Source: a bacterium (GTDB lineage: Bacteria > RBG-13-61-14 > DATKZS01). From it: DNA of 64,000 bases. The notes under the pieces were generated by a model that searched no databases, was not told the DNA's origin, and was given only the letters and a program-made list of their open reading frames with translations. Numbering within the stretch: the stretch's first letter is position 1; every line of letters starts with the position of its first letter. The stretch lies in the NCBI GenBank assembly GCA_963674965.2, contig CAXXFL010000005.1, positions 64,001 to 128,000 of the forward strand. The letters are read 5' to 3'. A program made the position numbers and the translations under genes. Shown piece by piece: positions 47,338 to 56,360 of this stretch.

Positions 47338-47398
47338 TGGGACGTCACGATAAAGGGGAAAAATCGAGGCGACGCCCTCGATAGCGTGAAACCGGCGA

Positions 47399-47429
47399 GC
47401 GGCCGTGGACCTTCATGGTCCTCGGCCGC
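47399..47429. terminator. Hairpin between convergent genes
   Basis: GCGGCCG-T-GGACC loop GGTCC-T-CGGCCGC; no clear U-tract. Confidence 0.4.
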
Positions 47430-47479
47430 GCCCGCTTCTGGAGTATAAGGGCCGTAAGAAACGCCGGCGACTCCGCCAT

Positions 47480-48235
47480 TTAAACCTTCAACCTCATCAG
47501 GTCCCGGGCCTGGATGACCTCTCCCTTAAATTCCCTCCTGGCCGGCCCCACCATGTCCTCGCCCTTGCACTGGGGGTAGAAGTGGGTAAGGACCAGGCGT
47601 CCGGCCCCCGCCCTTCTCGCTATCTTTCCCGCCTGGGAGGGGATAAGATGCCCATCTTTAGGTTCCTTCTCGGGAAAGGCCGACTCGATCACGAGGAGGT
47701 CGCAGCCCTCGGCCAACTCGACTATCTCGTCGCAATACTCGAGGTCGCCGCCATAGACGAAGGACTTGCCGCCGTAATCGACGCGATAAGCCAGGCTGGA
47801 CTCGGAGTGACGAACGTGGGCCGAGGCGATCGTAAGTTCCTTATAGTCGAAGGATTGCAGGCGCCTCGTCAGGGGATGCAGTCTTACCTCGGCCCCACTC
47901 GGCTCGAGCCAACCGCCAAAGACGCCCTTGAGAGTCTCGTAAAAATGCTCGAAGGCGTGAGGCGCGAATACGTCGAGGGTCTTCTCCCTTCCGTATTCCG
48001 GGTTATGGGTCAGGAACAGATAGGCGGGAAAATCCATGACGTGGTCAATATGAAGATGGGAGTAAAAAATGGCGTCTATCTTTCGAAAGTCCACGCCCGC
48101 CTCCGTGAGCCGAAACCACGAGCCGGGCCCCGTGTCGAAAACAAGCTTAAGGCCCCGAGTCAAAAGACAAAGTCCGGGAGCGCGTCGCCCGGGGTCCGGA
48201 TAGATCGTGCCCGTGCCTAAAAATACTATCTCCAT
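47480..48235 (-). CDS. MBL-fold metallo-hydrolase (RNase Z/ElaC-like)
   Basis: MEIVFLGTG, FDTGPG, SHLHIDH, GH, LVLTHFYP. Confidence 0.88.
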   Translation of the reverse strand: MEIVFLGTGTIYPDPGRRAPGLCLLTRGLKLVFDTGPGSWFRLTEAGVDFRKIDAIFYSHLHIDHVMDFPAYLFLTHNPEYGREKTLDVFAPHAFEHFYETLKGVFGGWLEPSGAEVRLHPLTRRLQSFDYKELTIASAHVRHSESSLAYRVDYGGKSFVYGGDLEYCDEIVELAEGCDLLVIESAFPEKEPKDGHLIPSQAGKIARRAGAGRLVLTHFYPQCKGEDMVGPARREFKGEVIQARDLMRLKV

Positions 48236-48330
48236 TATCGAGTTCCTCTTTCTTTCCTTTTCAGGCCCGGGCCACTGTCCAACCTCCCGGCCGAGGCATA
48301 AACATAACACGGCCGCGCCCCCGTTTATAC

Positions 48331-48359
48331 TTGCAATAAAGGGAGGTCTGGGCGATATT
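48331..48359 (+). promoter_or_regulatory. Sigma70-type promoter for trpE
   Basis: TTGCAA-17 nt-GATATT, followed by an AAGGAG RBS and ATG 48384. Confidence 0.45.
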
Positions 48360-48383
48360 GATTCTTTAAAGGAGTCACGCCAC

Positions 48384-49883
48384 ATGAGTTCGTCATACAA
48401 GATCATTCCCGACTTCGAGGAATATAAAAAGCTCGGCGAAAAGGGAAACCTCATACCGGTGTACGCCGAGATACTGGGCGACCTCGAGACGCCCGTGTCG
48501 GCTTTCCTTCGCTTCATGGACTCGGACTACGCCTATCTTCTCGAGAGCGTGGAAGGCGGCGAGAAATGGGCCCGGTACTCGTTCCTGGGCGCCGATCCCA
48601 AGGTCATCTTCCGCTCGAGGGGAAAAAGGGCCGAGATTATAAGGGGCTCACGGGCGGACGTGGTCGAGGGCTTCGACGACGCGCTCTACGCCCTTCGCGA
48701 CCTGATGAACGAGTACCGCCCGGTCGAGATCGAGGGCCTGCCGCGCTTCATCGGGGGGGCCGTTGGATATATTTCTTACGACATGGTCCGCTATTTCGAG
48801 CGTCTTCCCGACCTGACCGACGACGAGTTGGCCGTTTACGACACTCATTTCATCATCACCGACACCATCATCGTCTTCGACAACCTGACGCACACGATGA
48901 AGGTGGTGGTGAACTCCCACGTTCCCGAGGGCGCGGACCTGGAGGAAAGCTACGGAGACGCGGTCGAGCGCATCGAGGAGCTGATCGAGCTTTTGCAGGA
49001 GCCGGTCTGGCTCGATCCTCCCGAGCCATATAACGACGAGCTCGAGTACCGCTCGAACTTCGAGCGAGACGAGTACATGGAGGTGGTCAAGAGGTGCAAG
49101 CGCTACATCCGGGAGGGAGACATAATTCAGGTGGTGCCGAGTCAGCGCTTCAGGGCCCCGGCCAAGGTCGATCCCATCCACCTTTACCGCGCTTTAAGGC
49201 AGGTCAACCCCTCTCCTTACATGTTCTTTCTCAAACTCGGCGGCGAGACCTTAATCGGCAGCTCGCCCGAGGTCCTCATCCGGGTGGAGGGAAGCGACAC
49301 CGAGCTTCGGCCCATCGCCGGGACCAGGCCGAGGGGAAAGACCCTTGACGACGATACCTTCATGGAGCAGGACCTGAAAAGCGACCCCAAGGAGATGGCC
49401 GAGCACATCATGCTGGTGGACCTGGGCAGGAACGACCTGGGCCGCGTGTGCGAAATAGGAAGCGTCACCGTGACCGAGTTGGCCATAGTTGAAAGATACA
49501 GCCACGTCATGCACCTGGTCTCGAACGTGACGGGCAAGGTCAGGCCCGAGTTCGACGCCTACGACGTGTTCCGGGCGTCATTCCCGGCCGGCACCCTCAC
49601 CGGCGCGCCCAAGATACGCGCCATGGAGATAATCGAGGAAATGGAGCCGACCAAGCGCGGATGCTACGGCGGCGCCGTGGGCTACTTCTCCTTTACGGGG
49701 AACATGGACATGTGCATCGCCATCCGCACCGTCCTTATCAAGGACGGTATGCTCAACGTCCAGGCCGGCGGCGGAGTGGTGGCGGACTCGGACCCGGCGG
49801 CCGAGTTCCAGGAAACGGTCAACAAGGCCGGGGCCCTGATGAAAGCCGTGAGGATGGCGCGCAATGGCCTTATCATCGAGTAA
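48384..49883 (+). CDS. trpE: Anthranilate synthase component I
   Basis: ETPVSAF, LLESVEGGEKWARYSF, NPSPYMF, SSPE, PIAGTRPRG, EHIMLVDLGRND, GTLTGAPK. Confidence 0.95.
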   Translation: MSSSYKIIPDFEEYKKLGEKGNLIPVYAEILGDLETPVSAFLRFMDSDYAYLLESVEGGEKWARYSFLGADPKVIFRSRGKRAEIIRGSRADVVEGFDDALYALRDLMNEYRPVEIEGLPRFIGGAVGYISYDMVRYFERLPDLTDDELAVYDTHFIITDTIIVFDNLTHTMKVVVNSHVPEGADLEESYGDAVERIEELIELLQEPVWLDPPEPYNDELEYRSNFERDEYMEVVKRCKRYIREGDIIQVVPSQRFRAPAKVDPIHLYRALRQVNPSPYMFFLKLGGETLIGSSPEVLIRVEGSDTELRPIAGTRPRGKTLDDDTFMEQDLKSDPKEMAEHIMLVDLGRNDLGRVCEIGSVTVTELAIVERYSHVMHLVSNVTGKVRPEFDAYDVFRASFPAGTLTGAPKIRAMEIIEEMEPTKRGCYGGAVGYFSFTGNMDMCIAIRTVLIKDGMLNVQAGGGVVADSDPAAEFQETVNKAGALMKAVRMARNGLIIE

Positions 49884-49940
49884 GCCGGGCGAGGCCCCCG
49901 GCCGTCCGCCCATCCAACGCGACGTTGCAAGGAGAACGAA

Positions 49941-50390
49941 ATGAAATTCGAGAAACCCGGTCAGATCGCCATAGTGGTAAAGGACGTGGAGAAGGCCACC
50001 AAGTTTCTTTTCGAGAACTTCGGTATCGGTCCCTTTACCATCATGGAGATTAATAACGGCGAGGCCCTTTACAAGGGTAAGGAATCGAACTACTCGGCCA
50101 GGATCGGCATATGCGGACTCGGCGGCGTCATGTTCGAGGTCATCCAGGTCACGGGCGGCGAGACCATCATGAACGACCCCGATTACGTTCCCCCCCCCGG
50201 CCAGGGCGTGCATCATATCGGTTTCTTCGTGCCCGACGCCGAGGCGGCCGCCCGCGAGTTCGAGGAGCAGGGCGGCAAGGTCCTTCAGCGCAGTTGGCCC
50301 CAGCCGGGATCCCAGACCATCTACCTCGACACTCCCCGCTTCGCCGGCATGCTGGTCGAGTTGATTCAGCTCGGGGGAGTGAAGCGTTGA
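49941..50390 (+). CDS. VOC family protein (methylmalonyl-CoA epimerase-like)
   Basis: QIAIVV, FEVIQ, GVHHIGF, VELIQ metal-ligand pattern. Confidence 0.85.
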   Translation: MKFEKPGQIAIVVKDVEKATKFLFENFGIGPFTIMEINNGEALYKGKESNYSARIGICGLGGVMFEVIQVTGGETIMNDPDYVPPPGQGVHHIGFFVPDAEAAAREFEEQGGKVLQRSWPQPGSQTIYLDTPRFAGMLVELIQLGGVKR

Positions 50391-51190
50391 GCCGGAAAAC
50401 GTGCCTGGTAACCGGCGCGAGCCGCGGCATCGGCCGGGCCGTTGCCCTCGAGCTTTCCCGCCGGGGCTGGAAGGTCTACGGCTCGGGCCGCTCGATTGAC
50501 GGCGAGGAGGACCTTGGCTTTACCCCGATCGTCATGGACGTGACGGACCCGGAGTCGGTCAAGGCCGGCGTCGAGCTGATTCTTGGCGAGTTCGGACGCC
50601 TGGACGCCGCGGTCAACAACGCGGGCGTAAGCCATTGCGGCTCGGTGGAGGACACGCCCGTCGAGGTGGCGCGCCGGGTTTTCGAGACCAACTACTTCGG
50701 CCTCTTGAACGTGACGCGGGCCGTGCTTCCCATTATGCGCGAAAGGGGAAGCGGGACCATCGCCAACGTGACCAGCGCCGCCGGCAAGATCGGCGTGCCC
50801 TTCCAGCCTCACTACGCGGCCTCCAAGTGGGCCGTCGAGGGACTCACCGAGGCCCTCTGGCATGAGGTCAAACAATTCGGCGTCCGCGTCATCATCATCG
50901 AGCCCGGCGACGTGGGCACGACCATCTGGGAAAATAGCAAGGAGGAGCCGCCCGAGGGATCGGCTTACGCGGAAAGCCAGCGAAGATACCTAGCGGTCAA
51001 GGCCAGGGAAATGGGAGGCAACGCCGACCCGCCCGAGAACGCCGCCCGGCAGATATCCGACGCCCTCGAGGCCGGATCGAGACGGCTCAGGTATCCAGCG
51101 GCCAAGGGCGCCGGGCTTATCCTGGCGGCGAGAAAACTACTGCCCGATTCCCTCTTCCTCATGGCCGTGGGCAGAAACTACAAGCTCTGA
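50387..51190 (+). CDS. Short-chain dehydrogenase/reductase
   Basis: TTG start overlapping the VOC stop; TGASRGIG, NNAG, YAASK. Confidence 0.92.
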   Translation: MSRKTCLVTGASRGIGRAVALELSRRGWKVYGSGRSIDGEEDLGFTPIVMDVTDPESVKAGVELILGEFGRLDAAVNNAGVSHCGSVEDTPVEVARRVFETNYFGLLNVTRAVLPIMRERGSGTIANVTSAAGKIGVPFQPHYAASKWAVEGLTEALWHEVKQFGVRVIIIEPGDVGTTIWENSKEEPPEGSAYAESQRRYLAVKAREMGGNADPPENAARQISDALEAGSRRLRYPAAKGAGLILAARKLLPDSLFLMAVGRNYKL

Positions 51191-51210
51191 TCCTCTTCGG
51201 GTGGCAAGCG

Positions 51211-52614
51211 ATGATCAAGCCGGGGGCGGCCGCGTTGTTGGAAAAAAGGACCGAGTCGATCGGTCCGCTCGTCCGCTCCGTCACCAGCGGCCTTAACGTC
51301 CTTCTCATCGACGCTCAGCCCCGGGCCTTTCCTTATACCAAGCTCAGGACCTTGACCCTTCCCCGCCTGGCGGGGGCCACCCCCTCCAACCACCGAGTTA
51401 AAATCATCGACGGAAGGGTCGAGAAAATCCGGGTCCCGGAGGGGACCGACCTGGTGGGAGTGACCTTCTCGACCAACAACGCGGCCCTCGCCCACGAGGT
51501 CGCCGCCAGGGCCAGGGCCGCCGGCGCCTTGGCCGTGGCCGGAGGCACACACGCCACGGCCATGCCCGAGGAGGTCTTGATGGGCTTCGACGCGGTCCTT
51601 ACCGGTGAGGCCGAGGGAGGGGCCTGGGAGGAACTTTTACGAGACGCCGAAACGGGAGAGATGAAAAAAATCTACCGGAACGCCGAGCCTCCCGCCGAGT
51701 GGGACAAGGACCCTCCCCGCCTCGATCTCCTTACCGGGAGGTACCTGCCCGCCTACCCGGTCGAGGCCACCAGGGGATGCCCCAACCGCTGCGCCTTTTG
51801 CTTCAATCGCTACATCCATCCGACCTTCCGGACCCGTCAGGTCGAGAGAGTGATCGAGGACGCGAGAAGGGCGGACGCGAAAAGCCTCTTCTTCATGGAC
51901 GACAACCTGGCCGCCGACCGATCCTACGCCAAGGAGATTTTCGCCGCTCTTTTGCCCCTTCAGAAAAGGATTTATTTCCAGACCCAGCTTAGCGCGGCGC
52001 GGGACCCGGAGCTTCTCGACCTCATGGCCCGGGCCGGGGCCAAGGCCGCCTTCGTGGGACTCGAGAGCGTGAGTTCCTCGAGCCTTGACTCGGTGGGCAA
52101 GACCTGCAACAGGGTCGGACAATATAAGGAGTACATCTCGGCCTTTACCGAGCGGGGCATCCTCGTGTTCGGCGGCCTGATCTTCGGGCTGGACGGAGAC
52201 GACCCCGACTCCTTCAAGAGGACCCTGAGTTTTTTGAAGGAAAGCTCGATCTGCGGGGTGGCGGCCAACCTGGCCATCCCCTACCCCGGCACGGATTACC
52301 ACGCCCGGACTCGAGAGCGCGGCAGGCTCCTGGATGAAAATTACGAGAAGTACACCGGGTACGTTCCTCTCGTCCGGCCAACGGGCATGACCCTCGAGGA
52401 ACTGGAGCAAGGCTACGATTATTTCATAAGGGAGTTCTACTCGGTGAAGAACTCGGCCGCCAGGTTCCGGGCCATGGACCTTCCCCTCTCGCGGCTGCCT
52501 CTTTTTATCGCCGCCGGCTTCGCTTTTCGTTTTCCCCGCCGGTCCCGGGAGAGGACCGCGTCCGCCCAGATTAAAAGCTATCTTGGCCTCGGCCGGGCCT
52601 CAAGATACGGGTAA
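51211..52614 (+). CDS. B12-binding-domain radical SAM protein
   Basis: GGTHAT, TGEAE, TRGCPNRCAFC, FMDDN, VGLES, PYPGT. Confidence 0.92.
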   Translation: MIKPGAAALLEKRTESIGPLVRSVTSGLNVLLIDAQPRAFPYTKLRTLTLPRLAGATPSNHRVKIIDGRVEKIRVPEGTDLVGVTFSTNNAALAHEVAARARAAGALAVAGGTHATAMPEEVLMGFDAVLTGEAEGGAWEELLRDAETGEMKKIYRNAEPPAEWDKDPPRLDLLTGRYLPAYPVEATRGCPNRCAFCFNRYIHPTFRTRQVERVIEDARRADAKSLFFMDDNLAADRSYAKEIFAALLPLQKRIYFQTQLSAARDPELLDLMARAGAKAAFVGLESVSSSSLDSVGKTCNRVGQYKEYISAFTERGILVFGGLIFGLDGDDPDSFKRTLSFLKESSICGVAANLAIPYPGTDYHARTRERGRLLDENYEKYTGYVPLVRPTGMTLEELEQGYDYFIREFYSVKNSAARFRAMDLPLSRLPLFIAAGFAFRFPRRSRERTASAQIKSYLGLGRASRYG

Positions 52615-52643
52615 GGCCCGACCCGCGAGGGGCCGGGCCTTAC
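52611..52643. terminator. Hairpin between convergent genes
   Basis: GTAAGGCCCG...GCGA...CGGGCCTTAC inverted repeat. Confidence 0.6.
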
Positions 52644-52656
52644 AAGCTCGAAAGCG

Positions 52657-54279
52657 TCAATTGGTTCCGGGTACCTTTTTTCCCTCGGCCTTGAGTATCT
52701 TGTTGGCCGCCATCAGGCCCGAGACCAGAACGCCCGACTGCCCGCCGCCGGGGAAGGTCCAGGCCCCGGCCAGGTAGAGGTTCTTGATGGGAGTCTTCTG
52801 TTCGAGCCTTTTTAATAGGCTCTGCTCGGGGATATTGTCCCACCCGAAAATCGAGCCACCGGGATTGAGAGTGAAGTGCTCCATGGTGCGCGGCGAGCCC
52901 ACCTCCATTACCTCGACGTTCTTCTCCAGGCCCGGAAGTATCTTCTCCGCCCGCCTTACGAAGACCATGGCCACCTCGTTCTTAAGCTCCGTGTACTTGG
53001 CGTAACTCTCGGCCTCATGCCAGCCGTCCTTGTAATCGTAGGGCAGGATGGCCGTGATGACGATAACGCTCTTTCCAGCTGGGGCCACCGAGGGGTCGGC
53101 TATACTGTAGTTGACGATGGCGAAGGACGAGTTCTCAGGGTCGCCCTTTTTATACATTTGGAAGTTCTTCTCCTGGTCGTAGCCCGTGTTAACCATGATC
53201 TCGTGGGCGCCGCCGGTGAAATATTCCGAATAGTCGTGGTCTACCCCCATGTAAACCTGGAAGCAGGACAGGCCGACCTTCATGGACTCGACCCGCTTCA
53301 CGTAATCCGCGGGAAGAAGGTCCTTGCCCACCATCTTGAAAAGCGTGTCCGGCGCGTTGGCGTTGGACACCACGTAGCGGCAGGGATAGCGTCCTCCGTC
53401 CTCCGTTTGCACGGCGACTGCCTTGCCGTCCTCGACCTCGATCTTGACCGCCTTGGTCGACAGGAGTATCTCGCCGCCGTTCTCCTCGATCACCTCCGCC
53501 ATCGCGTCCGACACCGCCTGCGAGCCGCCCTCGAAATAATAATAGCCGCCCTTGTGGTAGCTGTTCCACATCACGCCGAAAAAGATGGCCGGAACGTCGC
53601 CGGGCGAGGCGCCGGCGAACCCGGCGAGCTGGGTGAACACGGCGATAAACTTGGGGTCGCTCACTCTTTTATCCAGGACGTCGGCGAGGGACGAGCGCCA
53701 GAAGCCCGGCAGCCGCATGAGGGCGGCGGGGTTTCTCATCATGGTGGCGAAAGCCTGGGACGACCTGCCCCCCGCCAGGTCCATCAGGGCCACCATGGCG
53801 TCCTTCATGTCCTCCATGTCCTTGTACAGGCCGTCTATGCCCTCGGCCTCGTGGGGGAACTTCTCCTTTAAAAGAAGCCTGTATTCCTCCACGTCCGCCG
53901 GTACCACTATCTCGAAGTCCGGATAATAGGACAAGTACATGGGATCGAGCTTGATGGGCTTGACCTTGCCGATGATGCCAAGGTCCGTAAAGGTGGGGAT
54001 GTTCATGCCGTCGTCCGGGTCGAGACCGTCCATGGCGTGAAGAGAAACCTCGAAGGTATAGTCGTCACGCTCGAAGTTGGTCATGTAGCCGCCGACCTTG
54101 TAATGCTGCTCGATTAAAAGGACCTTCATGCCGCCCAGCGACATGCGCGCCGCCGCCGCCAGGCCGCCGCCGCCCGCTCCGATTACCACCGCGTCGTAGG
54201 CCGAGTCCGCGCCGGAGATGGACCGGCCCGGCAATAAAAACAAGGCCGCCGTCAAAAGGATTAGCAGCGTTTTCTTCAT
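52657..54279 (-). CDS. Phytoene desaturase/retinol saturase-like FAD oxidoreductase with N-terminal signal peptide
   Basis: VIGAGGGGL, IEQHYKVGG, FEVSLH, GGSQAVS, TPIKNLYLAG..TFPGGG. Confidence 0.88.
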   Translation of the reverse strand: MKKTLLILLTAALFLLPGRSISGADSAYDAVVIGAGGGGLAAAARMSLGGMKVLLIEQHYKVGGYMTNFERDDYTFEVSLHAMDGLDPDDGMNIPTFTDLGIIGKVKPIKLDPMYLSYYPDFEIVVPADVEEYRLLLKEKFPHEAEGIDGLYKDMEDMKDAMVALMDLAGGRSSQAFATMMRNPAALMRLPGFWRSSLADVLDKRVSDPKFIAVFTQLAGFAGASPGDVPAIFFGVMWNSYHKGGYYYFEGGSQAVSDAMAEVIEENGGEILLSTKAVKIEVEDGKAVAVQTEDGGRYPCRYVVSNANAPDTLFKMVGKDLLPADYVKRVESMKVGLSCFQVYMGVDHDYSEYFTGGAHEIMVNTGYDQEKNFQMYKKGDPENSSFAIVNYSIADPSVAPAGKSVIVITAILPYDYKDGWHEAESYAKYTELKNEVAMVFVRRAEKILPGLEKNVEVMEVGSPRTMEHFTLNPGGSIFGWDNIPEQSLLKRLEQKTPIKNLYLAGAWTFPGGGQSGVLVSGLMAANKILKAEGKKVPGTN

Positions 54280-54430
54280 CACCTATCCTCCTTGCAAAGT
54301 AATTGTCACCCCGGATTTATTAAACGTAATAACTGGTTGTTTTCCACGTCCCGAGAAAAAGCTATCAAATAACGATCGCTATTTCAACGAGGGAGTCACT
54401 GGGCAGGTCAATAACGCCTACCCTGGAAAT

Positions 54431-55846
54431 CTAACCGAAAAGCTTGAAATGCTCGGACTCGGTCCTGGCCTCCCGCAGGATGGCCATCATCCGCCCGGCC
54501 ACCTCCGGGAAACGAGAGGATATATCGGTGGTCTCGCCCGGGTCGCTCTCGAGGTCGAACAGCTTCAACTTCGTCTTATCTGAAAGGGAAACGCCATATC
54601 TCACGGCTTTCCATTTGCCGGCCCGCGCCGCTTGGCGTCCTCCCATCTCGGGCAGCTCCCAGTAAAGGTAGTCGTGGGACTTCTGGCTGGACGGCTCGCC
54701 CAAAAGAGTGGACAGCATGGATATCCCGTCAATGCCGGCCGGAGCGTCAATTCCCGCGGCCTCGCAAACCGTGGGCAGCGCGTCCCAAAAGGCGCTCGGA
54801 AGGTCGGTCACGGAGCCGGGCGCGATCTTGCCCGGCCATGAGGCCATCATGGGCACGCGGATGCCTCCCTCGTAGAGGTCTCGCTTATAGCCCTGGAAGG
54901 GGCCGTTACTGTCGAAGAAATCGGGGACGGCCCCTCCTTCCCGATGCGGACCGTTGTCCGAGCTCAGCATGATCAGGGTGTCGCGGGACAGCCCCAGCTT
55001 CTCGACCAGATCGAGAAGGGACCCTATCTGGCCGTCCAGACGGGTCATCATGCCCGCGAAGTGCGCGGCCGGGTTCCTGATCGGCCGTCCGGCGTATATG
55101 CCCGGCGTCAGCTCGAAGCGTCGGAATTTCTGACGGAAGGGCTTGGCCGACTCCTCCGGGACGTGAAGCGACGCGTGGGGTATGGTCACGGGCAGATAAA
55201 GAAAGAAGGGACCTCGGGCGTTGTCCCTTATAAAGTCAAGGGCCTTATCGAAGATGAGGTCGTGGGAATAGGTCTTGCCGTCGAGCTCGAGCCTCTCGCC
55301 GTTATGCCACAAGTGATCGGGATAATAATTATGGGCCGAGCGCTGGCAGTTGTATCCAAAGAACTCGGCAAAGCCCTGGTTCAGCGGGTCGCCGGCCGAG
55401 CCCGGATACCCGAGGCCCCACTTGCCGAAGGCGCCCGTCGCGTATCCCGCCTCCCGCAATAGTCCGGGAAGAGTCACCGCGTCCTCGGGCAGGGGGAATT
55501 GTCCCTCCGGCTTTACTTCCCGGTTGCCCCGGATGTAGGCGTGTCCCGAGTGCAGCCCCGTCATCAGGCAGCAGCGGGAGGGAGCGCAAACGGCGCTGCC
55601 GGCGTAGTGATCGGTGAACCTGATTCCGCTTTGCCCTATGCGGTCCATGTTGGGAGTCGCGAAGCGCCTCTGGCCGTAGGCCCCGAGGTCGCCGTACCCC
55701 GCGTCGTCCAACAGGACGTAAATGACATTCGGACGCCCGGGCCCGACGGGCGCTGAGGCGAGGGACAAAAGGCCAAGCGCTCCCGCCCCCGCTGTCTTGA
55801 TGAACGAGCGCCGGTCGGTGCCTTCCTTCTTTTGCACTCCCGTCAA
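54431..55846 (-). CDS. Arylsulfatase (Cys-type, Tat-exported)
   Basis: Tat DRRSFIK; PNVIYVLLDD, CAPSR, GKWGLG, SDNG, KRDLYEGGIRVP; start codon uncertain (TTG 55846 chosen). Confidence 0.93.
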   Translation of the reverse strand: MTGVQKKEGTDRRSFIKTAGAGALGLLSLASAPVGPGRPNVIYVLLDDAGYGDLGAYGQRRFATPNMDRIGQSGIRFTDHYAGSAVCAPSRCCLMTGLHSGHAYIRGNREVKPEGQFPLPEDAVTLPGLLREAGYATGAFGKWGLGYPGSAGDPLNQGFAEFFGYNCQRSAHNYYPDHLWHNGERLELDGKTYSHDLIFDKALDFIRDNARGPFFLYLPVTIPHASLHVPEESAKPFRQKFRRFELTPGIYAGRPIRNPAAHFAGMMTRLDGQIGSLLDLVEKLGLSRDTLIMLSSDNGPHREGGAVPDFFDSNGPFQGYKRDLYEGGIRVPMMASWPGKIAPGSVTDLPSAFWDALPTVCEAAGIDAPAGIDGISMLSTLLGEPSSQKSHDYLYWELPEMGGRQAARAGKWKAVRYGVSLSDKTKLKLFDLESDPGETTDISSRFPEVAGRMMAILREARTESEHFKLFG

Positions 55847-56007
55847 ATCTTCAATTCCTCCCGTTATTTTCCACGACCTCAACGGCCAATTGGGCGGCAA
55901 AATTTACTTGGTCATTATACCGCGGCCGCCTTTGGCTTTTCGACTCAATGCGAAGAGGACGGCTTAATCAATACTCGAATATGTTAATGCCCTCACAACG
56001 ACGGCTA

Positions 56008-56360
56008 TTAATCATTATTTTTCAATTCAGGGTGGGAGTATTCTTTCGACCTGGTTATGGCGTTTAAAAACCTGGACTGGAGTTGCCGCTTTGCCAGTTT
56101 GCGCTTGACCGGCTCGAGCGTAAGGATGGTTTTCAGAAGGCGGCGCAGTAGCTCGTAGGTCCAGAGATGGTAATTGTCAAAGATGAAGTTTTTCAGCTTG
56201 TTTTCGTTGACGGCGGTAATGACGTATCTTTCAAAGGTGTCCCTGGGCACGAACCCAACGTCCTTTATTCTTTGCATCGTAATGGCGCCGCTTTCGCAAA
56301 AGCTGGCGCAGATCCCGCAGCCGATGCGATTATCCGTTATGACTTGAGCCTTCTCGCTCC
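56008..56360 (-). pseudogene. 3' remnant of a 4Fe-4S binding protein gene
   Basis: The frame of ORF 56008..56277 continues upstream as EKAQVITDNRIGCGICASFCESGAITM. There is no start codon, the first Cys of CxxCxxCxxxC is Arg, and the frame overlaps the hydF 3' end. Confidence 0.65.

Noticed and set aside
51211-52614. Radical SAM as the anaerobic maturase for the nearby sulfatase
   Set aside because: It has an N-terminal B12-binding domain and no SPASM Cys cluster, so it is not anSME-like.
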